Assembly (NCBI GenBank): GCA_016840465.1
Contig: JAEOSH010000005.1
Span: 50,736 to 82,735, forward strand
Source: Candidatus Baldrarchaeum yapensis
Lineage (GTDB): Archaea > Asgardarchaeota > Baldrarchaeia > Baldrarchaeales > Baldrarchaeaceae
DNA: 32,000 bases
Direction of reading: 5' to 3'
The notes below the pieces were generated by a model. It made no database searches. It saw nothing but the letters and a program-made list of their open reading frames with translations, and was not told the DNA's origin. Position 1 is the first letter of the stretch. Each line of letters begins with the position of its first letter. The position numbers were made by a program, and so were the translations under genes. Positions 25,555 through 32,000 of this stretch are shown in pieces.

Positions 25555-26583
25555 TTAACGTATAAAATCGAACAGTTTCTTTTGACCTGAGAAAACTTCT
25601 AACTTTTCGAGCCTTCTTATGGCGTTTTCGACGCGCTTTCTAGAAAAGTCCTTCTCATCGCATAGGAAAGATATTATTCCGTCCTTATCCGGCTTGTTCC
25701 ATTCTATCTGATAGTCATCCGTAACTTCAGGTTCCAAGAATATTTTCCTGACAGTGTTGTAGTCCTCATTTATTTTTATGACACCCCTTTTTACAGCGTT
25801 TTCTATTGTTCCGTACTTTCTAATAATCTCTAGCGCTCTTTTCGGGCCTATACCCTCGACACCCTCATTATAGTCCGTTCCCACTAATATTGCTATGTCT
25901 ATGAGTTGTTCCCTCGTTATTTTCAGCATAGACAGTAGTTCCATTAGGTCTATTATTTCTGGTTCCAGAGGTTTAACTATGCCCTTACTTGGCAGAAACT
26001 CAGTACCACTTATCGTGAGGTACCTTACCAGATAGTTTGTTCCATAGAGTAGCGAGTCCCAATCTCTGCTGCATACGGCAAATGCATCCCCTTTTCTGAC
26101 GATATATGCCGCCTGAGCCTCTGCATCTGACGGGGCTTGCACCCAAGGTATACCCATGAGGTCGAGGAGTTCCTTTGCTTCCTTTATCATCTCCGATGTG
26201 AGTCTACTTGTTTGTATTGCCTTCCTCCATGCTGTTGGGAGATCTCCACGAAATAACGCTTCTAGCCATTCACGCTCAGCCTTTTCTTTAAGTTTTTTGC
26301 GCTCATCTAATTCACGTAACTTAAGAGGATGAGGCTTTCCATCAAATACAAATATAGGAAAGATCCCATATTCTGTAAGTCTGGTTGTCCTATAAAAGAG
26401 TCCCATCAGGTGGCTTGTTGGTCTTCCCTTGGAGTCCGAAAAATATCTGCCATCAGGTTGTCTTATTAGTGCTAAAAATTGATATAATTCATTATTTGCA
26501 TCGAATGCTATCCTTCTTCCCGAAAAATACTCAAATGGTACTTTTTTCCGGTTAACAATTATTGGGGTTAGGTATACTCCCAT
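25555..26583 (-). CDS. Flap endonuclease 1 paralogue (second FEN1)
   Basis: MGV, IAFDA.N.LYQFL..IRQPDG, TSHL.GLFYRT, VFDG, APSDAEAQ, SRDWDSLLYG, ILVGTDYNEGVEGIGPK.AL and a C-terminal PIP-like QKKLFDF. Confidence 0.93.
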   Translation of the reverse strand: MGVYLTPIIVNRKKVPFEYFSGRRIAFDANNELYQFLALIRQPDGRYFSDSKGRPTSHLMGLFYRTTRLTEYGIFPIFVFDGKPHPLKLRELDERKKLKEKAEREWLEALFRGDLPTAWRKAIQTSRLTSEMIKEAKELLDLMGIPWVQAPSDAEAQAAYIVRKGDAFAVCSRDWDSLLYGTNYLVRYLTISGTEFLPSKGIVKPLEPEIIDLMELLSMLKITREQLIDIAILVGTDYNEGVEGIGPKRALEIIRKYGTIENAVKRGVIKINEDYNTVRKIFLEPEVTDDYQIEWNKPDKDGIISFLCDEKDFSRKRVENAIRRLEKLEVFSGQKKLFDFIR

Positions 26584-26660
26584 TTTACAGTTCACTCATA
26601 GGTCACTAAGGATAATGCTGATAAAAAGGATAAAAATTTGACTGAATGCCGCTGTATTGC

Positions 26661-28595
26661 TTATATCTTCAGGGCAACTTTAAATGCTGCAGATATGGCG
26701 TCTCTTGCTCTTCCAGGCGATATGCAATCGCCTACTGCATATACTTCCTTGAACTTTTTGGTTAACTGCTCGTATAGAGCCTTATTTGGAGCCGCCCCCA
26801 CAGCTATTACCACCGTGTCTGCGAGTATTTTCCTTTCCTGTCCCTCCTGTTCGACGAGAACACCGTCTTTCTCTATTGCCTTAGCCGTGGTTTTTGTTAG
26901 TATTTGAACACCTTTTGATCCTAGTCTCTTAAGTAACACCCATCTGACAGTCCTCTCAAGATCTCTACCTACTCGTGGAAGCATCTCTATAACCGTTACC
27001 TTTTTGCCCATTTCGGATAGATAATCGGCAGTTTCAAGACCTACGCCCCCACCTCCTATGACCACTACATTATCTCCGCACGAAACCTTACCTGCGAGAA
27101 CGTCGTATGCGTGGACCACATTTTCGAGGTCGATACCTGGTATATTTGGTATTATTGGTGTTGCGCCCGTTGCTACTATAATGACATCCGGATTGTGCTC
27201 TTCGACCACGTCAACGTTTGCATTCACCCCAAATTTTACATTAACGCCATATTTCTTCAGCATTGTTTCGTAAAATTCTATTACCTCCATCAGTTCGCCC
27301 TTATATGGTGGAACAGTGGCTAATCTGAACACACCACCCAGTTTATCCGACCTTTCAAGTAACGTGACATTATATCCTCTCATGGCCGCTGTTATTGCAG
27401 CCTCCATCCCCGCGGGCCCGCCACCTATTACCAGTACTTGTTTCTTTCTCTCGGCCTTCTTTATTTCATACTCGAGTTCCTTGCCTGCCCTTGGATTAAC
27501 AGTGCACTCCACGGCCTTTATCATAAATATCGACTCTAAGCAATGTCCACAAGCTATGCAAGGCCTTATTTCATTAAACCTTCCCTCATATGCCTTTTTA
27601 GCCCATTCAGGATCTGCAATTAACGCTCTGCCTATAGAAACGAAATCCGCCTTTCCTTCAGAGATTATTTTGCTTGCAAGTTGCGGGTACTTTATCCTAT
27701 TACTTGCGATTATGGGTATATCGACTATTTTCTTTAATTCTTCAGCATAGTAAACGAAGCCTCCGGGAGGTACTTCTCTTGTTATGAGGGGGCGTGGAGA
27801 TTCGTGCCACCCTGTAGTTACATTTATTGCATCAACACCCGCATCCTCCAATGCTTTTACTACCTTCTTTGTTTCATCAAACGTTGTTCCTCCTGGGAGA
27901 TAGTCTTCGGCGCTTATTCTTACTATCAGTGGATAGTCTTTGCCGATTGCGCTTTTTATCCTCTCAACGGTTTCAAGCAAAAAGCGCATACGATTTTCGA
28001 GTGGACCCCCGTACTCGTCCGTTCTTTTATTAGTGGCCGGAGATAAGAATTGATTAAAGATGTATCCAGCAGATGCACAAATTTCAACACCATCAAAACC
28101 AGCTTTTTTCGCTCTTTTGGCGGCTTCAGCAAAATAATTCTCAATTTCTATGATTTCTTCGACTGTTAATTCCTTTGGTGTCTCGCCTGTTAATTTTGAT
28201 GGTATAGGGGAGGGGGCTACGGGTTTTCTCTTTGTTATAATCGATGGGGCTAATCGACCCGGATGGAGGAGTTGTACGGTAACACGAGCACCTTTCCTCT
28301 TTATTTCTTCGACGAAATTCTTCCATCCAGGAATGAATTTGTCGTCATATAGTGCGGGCTGACCCGGATGGCTTCTATAGCGGGGATCGGGGCATACACC
28401 ACCGACTGCGATTAATCCAACATAGGCTTCGGCTCTTTCAGCGTAGAATCTTATCATCCTATCGCCAACGGACCCATCTGGTTCGGATAGTCCAACAAGC
28501 ATGGGAGCCATTATTATTCTGTTCTTCACTTCCATCTTACCTATTTTTCCAGGTTCGAATAGAGATTCGACCTCAGGTGGTGGTTTTATTCTCAA
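26661..28595 (-). CDS. NADH:flavin oxidoreductase, 2,4-dienoyl-CoA reductase (FadH)/enoate reductase-like
   Basis: OYE barrel (KNRIIMAPM, QLLHPGR, GFDGVEI...GY..NQFLSP.TN.RTDEYGG, GWHES), Fe-S motif CIACGHC...CTVNP, and two Rossmann motifs (GGGPAGMEAA, GGGGVGLE.A). Confidence 0.9.
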   Translation of the reverse strand: MRIKPPPEVESLFEPGKIGKMEVKNRIIMAPMLVGLSEPDGSVGDRMIRFYAERAEAYVGLIAVGGVCPDPRYRSHPGQPALYDDKFIPGWKNFVEEIKRKGARVTVQLLHPGRLAPSIITKRKPVAPSPIPSKLTGETPKELTVEEIIEIENYFAEAAKRAKKAGFDGVEICASAGYIFNQFLSPATNKRTDEYGGPLENRMRFLLETVERIKSAIGKDYPLIVRISAEDYLPGGTTFDETKKVVKALEDAGVDAINVTTGWHESPRPLITREVPPGGFVYYAEELKKIVDIPIIASNRIKYPQLASKIISEGKADFVSIGRALIADPEWAKKAYEGRFNEIRPCIACGHCLESIFMIKAVECTVNPRAGKELEYEIKKAERKKQVLVIGGGPAGMEAAITAAMRGYNVTLLERSDKLGGVFRLATVPPYKGELMEVIEFYETMLKKYGVNVKFGVNANVDVVEEHNPDVIIVATGATPIIPNIPGIDLENVVHAYDVLAGKVSCGDNVVVIGGGGVGLETADYLSEMGKKVTVIEMLPRVGRDLERTVRWVLLKRLGSKGVQILTKTTAKAIEKDGVLVEQEGQERKILADTVVIAVGAAPNKALYEQLTKKFKEVYAVGDCISPGRARDAISAAFKVALKI

Positions 28596-28693
28596 TTCTC
28601 ACCCTCCATGCTTTAGTAGGTGCTAGTACAATAAATGAGCATCTCCTTTTTATAAGGTATTGGCACTAAAGGATGTAGCAAGGAGGGTCTGCG

Positions 28694-29878
28694 ATGGAAA
28701 AGTTTGTTTCGCAAGCAGCGAGGAGGACGAGGCTATCAGGTATAAGGGAGATTAGCGAGAAGGCAATGAGGATGAGAGATGTGATCAGACTAGAACTTGG
28801 CGAGCCTGATTTCAAGACGCCGGATAACATAATAGATGCAGCAACTGAGGCCATGAAAAAGGGTTATACACATTACACTTCGGTAATGGGTATTCCCGAA
28901 TTGAGAGAAGCGATTGCAGAGAAGCTTGAAAGAGAGAATGGTATAGAGGCGGATCCTGAAAGAGAGATCCTTGTGACATGCGGCGGATATCATGCGATAT
29001 TTGTATCTCTTGCTGCAGTTTTAAATCCAGGAGATGAGGTTATTGTTACAGACCCCTGCTGGTCCGCATATGTCAGTACCATAAGTTTTCTCGGCGCAAA
29101 ACCAGTGTATTGTCCCTTGGACGAGGATAAGGAGTTTGAACCCTCCCTTGATCTCATAGAGAACCGAATAACTGAAAAGACTAAGTTAATAATTATAAAT
29201 TCTCCTCAAAATCCGACAGGTGCCGTTTGGAGCAAAAGTATCCTAGAAGCTATCACTGAACTTGCGATGAAGAAGAATATACTTGTACTTTCGGATGAGG
29301 TCTACGAGAAACTAATATTTGATGGATATAAGCATTTTAGTCCCGCTTCTATTATTCCCGACGCAAAGGATTACGTCATATCGATATTTTCGTTCTCAAA
29401 GACCTATGCGATGACCGGGTGGAGGATAGGATACGTCGTGGCTAATGAAAAACTCATAGAGTACATGAAGAGAGTGTCCTTCATTACAATAGCATGTCCA
29501 AATGCATTCGTTCAATATGCAGCGATAGAGGCGTTAGGGGGATCACAGGATGCTGTCAATCGTATGATTAAGGAGTACCAGAAGAGGAGGGATATCATTT
29601 ATTCGGAAATTAGTAAAATTTCGGGGGTGAAGTGTTGCAAACCACACGGGACGTTCTATATATTTCCGAACTTTTCGGAGATAATGAGAGATTCTGTGAA
29701 GCTAACCTACTACTTGCTCGAAAATGCGAGAGTCGCGGTAGTACCAGGCGTCTCCTTTGGTCCAGAGGTTGGTGAGGGGCACATCAGAATAAGTTTCGCG
29801 ACCTCAACCGAGAATTTAAGAGAGGCTGCTAAGAGAATAAGAGAGGCTGTGGAAAACCTTCAAACTAGTGACGCTTGA
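28694..29878 (+). CDS. PLP-dependent class I/II aminotransferase (aspartate/aromatic type)
   Basis: [10 protein letters not shown]...[37 protein letters not shown] and IRISFA. Confidence 0.94.
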   Translation: MEKFVSQAARRTRLSGIREISEKAMRMRDVIRLELGEPDFKTPDNIIDAATEAMKKGYTHYTSVMGIPELREAIAEKLERENGIEADPEREILVTCGGYHAIFVSLAAVLNPGDEVIVTDPCWSAYVSTISFLGAKPVYCPLDEDKEFEPSLDLIENRITEKTKLIIINSPQNPTGAVWSKSILEAITELAMKKNILVLSDEVYEKLIFDGYKHFSPASIIPDAKDYVISIFSFSKTYAMTGWRIGYVVANEKLIEYMKRVSFITIACPNAFVQYAAIEALGGSQDAVNRMIKEYQKRRDIIYSEISKISGVKCCKPHGTFYIFPNFSEIMRDSVKLTYYLLENARVAVVPGVSFGPEVGEGHIRISFATSTENLREAAKRIREAVENLQTSDA

Positions 29879-30905
29879 GCCACGCGTCAAGGCCCGCTTG
29901 GACTTTTACTTTTCTGGATGCCAATACCAATCTATCCAGCGCCTTTCTCACCCTATCCTCACTAAAGTCGAAACTTCCACATAAGAAGTCGACTATGCCT
30001 TCGATATCCGGCTCATGCCACTTTAATTCATAGTCATCGGTTACTTCAGGATTCAGGAACAATTCACGTATCTTCAGCGGATTTACCGGAAATTCTGCGG
30101 ATGGAAGATACTTTAATGCTTTTTCTAGGGATCCATATTTCTTTATTATTTCGAGCGCTCTTTTAGGCCCGATTCCCTTGACACCATCAGGATTGTAGTC
30201 TGTACCTATAAGGATGGCCATATCTATGAGTTGTTCCCTCGAAATCCCCAGAGAGGAAAGTACTTTCTCCAGTTCTATTATCTCCGGTTTTATTTCGACA
30301 TATATATTCTTTCCCGGAAGTTTTCTTTTACCAGTAATTGAAATGTTTCTGACAAGTCTCGGTGAGCCGAAGAGTAGGGAATCATAATCTTGACTTCCAC
30401 ATGCGAACACATGCCCCTTTTGCGCCATATATGCAGCTTGCGCTTCTCCTTCGGATGGGGCCTGGACCCAAGGGACACCCATGAGATTTAACAGTTCTTT
30501 TGCCTGATTTGCCATTTCTTCTTTTAGTGTTGCGGTCTGCTGAGCGTATTTTCTCGCAGCCTCGAGGTCTCCACGTTTTAACGCCTCTTCATACTTCTTA
30601 ATTGCCTCTTCTCTTATTTTTCTCCTTCGCTTTATTTCTGCCTCTTTCAGTTCAGGCGGTTTCCCGTCAAACACATAAACTGGCTTTATTCCTATCTCTA
30701 TGAGGTTGATTGTTCTATAGAAGAGCCCATTAAGGTGGCTTGTTATACGCCCTCGAGAGTCTTTAAGTGGACTACCATCTCTCAGCCTTATTATTGCGAG
30801 GAACTGATAGAGGGCGTTGTAAGCATCGAGAGCTATAACTTTTCCCCTTAATGTTTCGAGTTCTATTTCTTGCCCCTTTACGATATCTGTCAATTTGACA
30901 CCCAC
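29865..30905 (-). CDS. fen: Flap endonuclease 1 (canonical archaeal FEN1)
   Basis: [66 protein letters not shown] and a PIP box QAGLDAW. Confidence 0.96.
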   Translation of the reverse strand: MGVKLTDIVKGQEIELETLRGKVIALDAYNALYQFLAIIRLRDGSPLKDSRGRITSHLNGLFYRTINLIEIGIKPVYVFDGKPPELKEAEIKRRRKIREEAIKKYEEALKRGDLEAARKYAQQTATLKEEMANQAKELLNLMGVPWVQAPSEGEAQAAYMAQKGHVFACGSQDYDSLLFGSPRLVRNISITGKRKLPGKNIYVEIKPEIIELEKVLSSLGISREQLIDMAILIGTDYNPDGVKGIGPKRALEIIKKYGSLEKALKYLPSAEFPVNPLKIRELFLNPEVTDDYELKWHEPDIEGIVDFLCGSFDFSEDRVRKALDRLVLASRKVKVQAGLDAWLKRH

Positions 30906-30998
30906 AACGATCCCCAGTTAAATATTGTGGTGAAATTGCGAAAAAAGTATCGGTTTAATAATGTGCCAATATCTGCTGGTCAGGATGTGGTTGATACT

Positions 30999-32000
30999 TA
31001 GTACTTCTGAAACTTTCTGAGAAATGAACATTTTTGGTCTATCCATCCATTCACGTCACCTTCCACCCTGCGGCGAAACGCGCACCGGCGGGCGACCGAA
31101 ATACGGTATGGCGGGCACAATCCTAAGCAGTGTCATGCAAACCCCCAAACACCAGCCGGGGGCGGCCCGCATCTGCCGCCCACTCGAAGAAGAGCAAACC
31201 GAGCGCTTCAAGAAAACACGTATAGCTCGTCGGGGCCGAATCGCATCGCGAAATCAGGTAAACGTATAAAAGGTAAATGACCGCGGAAACAAGTAACAAA
31301 AACCATCTAAGCGCAACGCTGCGCGAGCACGTCCGCGCCCTCCGCACCTTCACCACCCGATTGCACGTCTCAATGCCCACCTCCGCCAGTACTCCAAAGC
31401 ATCGCCCAATGGCATGCCACGGCACACAACCACAATCCGCTTCTCCCCGCGCCGGTAAACAATGAGATCGACGCTTATCTGCCTCCTCCCGCCGCTCGCG
31501 CTCACAACGTACGGAACAACGTGTGGACCGTCGCCGCTCAGACCCTCCAGACCCCTCTTTATGCCCGCCGTCCTCCTGGCGGCGATCGCAAACGGGATGT
31601 TCCTTCTCGCGAGAACCTCCATGACCTTCACCGAGAAAAAGCCACAATCCATGTAGACTCCCTCGACCTCGAGCCCCAGCCTCTCGATGTCACGAAGCAC
31701 CGCCTCCACGGCGTCGGCGCGGCTGTCGAACATGGAGATGGGGCTTATGGAGAGTGGGATCTTCCGGGGGCCGTCGATGGCGGCCGCCACGACGTACCTG
31801 TGCACGTAGCACTTCTTGGCGGGGGAGTAGTGGACCCACTCGTCGCGTGTGCCGAAGTAGGGAACTTCGGTTGTGTCTATCGCGACCAATACCCTCCTGC
31901 GGCGCAGCACTCCGGCGGCGATCTCCCCGAGGATCTCGTTGAGACTCTCGGAGTCGCGCATTCCTATTTTCCTCAGCTGGAAGGCCACCGAGTCGGGATG
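30999..32000 (-). mobile_element. ISH3-family (IS4-like) insertion sequence, running off the window
   Basis: This is a GC-rich segment encoding a DDE transposase. A possible terminus TAGTACTTCTGAAAC at about 30999 is reminiscent of ISH3-type ends (tentative). Confidence 0.75.
31123..32000 (-). pseudogene. ISH3-type DDE transposase with a single frameshift at about 31376-31378, 5' partial
   Basis: Frame 1 reads VAIDTTEVPYFG...VYMDCGFFS...EYWRRW. The other frame continues GIETCNRVVK.RRARTCSRS...R.F...SAVIY. One missing G in TGGGC would join them as RRWGIET. Confidence 0.85.

Noticed and set aside
31370-31385. Possible programmed frameshift in the ISH3-type transposase
   Set aside because: There is no slippery heptamer or A-run, and the break lies just before the catalytic Glu rather than at an OrfA/OrfB junction.
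32-31942. Numerous short overlapping or antisense ORFs in the track (e.g. 32-340, 2109-2543, 9108-9560, 15099-15632, 19875-20360, 27316-27750)
   Set aside because: They are shadows of well-supported genes or IS sequence on another frame or strand, with no recognisable motifs.
1-32000. CRISPR arrays, tRNA/rRNA genes, defence islands or proviral genes
   Set aside because: No regularly spaced repeats, cloverleaf or T-loop signatures, integrase, or capsid/defence motifs were seen by eye.

Overview
This window is mostly core chromosome from an anaerobic, probably thermophilic archaeon. The evidence is SepRS, a ThermoDBP-related protein, two archaeal FEN1 genes, an ATP-dependent DNA ligase, an Ogg2-type glycosylase, a split alpha/beta/gamma 2-oxoacid:ferredoxin oxidoreductase and GGAGG/GGTG-type ribosome-binding sites. 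The exact lineage cannot be fixed from the sequence. There are about 28 real CDS, covering DNA repair/replication (ogg, lig, two fen paralogues, ThermoDBP-RP1), amino-acid or aromatic fermentation-type metabolism (penicillin-acylase family, MIO ammonia-lyase/aminomutase, HgdAB/BzdNO-type pair, KorABC, FadH-like reductase, class I aminotransferase) and stress functions (Hsp20, TrxR-like, ADP-ribosylglycohydrolase, HtpX-like protease). Two GC-richer IS elements are present: a decayed IS5/IS4-like relic at about 14.8-15.7 kb and a frameshifted ISH3-type transposase at the right edge. Outside the ORF track I found two textbook box C/D guide sRNAs on the minus strand (2506-2561, 6636-6699) and a minimal C/D (kink-turn) hairpin at 25523-25550. 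The most notable items are an MIO enzyme with tyrosine aminomutase/ammonia-lyase signatures rather than HutH signatures, a second intact FEN1 paired with DNA ligase, an sHSP-like protein lacking the alpha-crystallin domain, and a TrxR that has lost its NADPH-binding motif. No CRISPR array, tRNA or rRNA was seen. Reference motifs were compared from memory and no searches were run.
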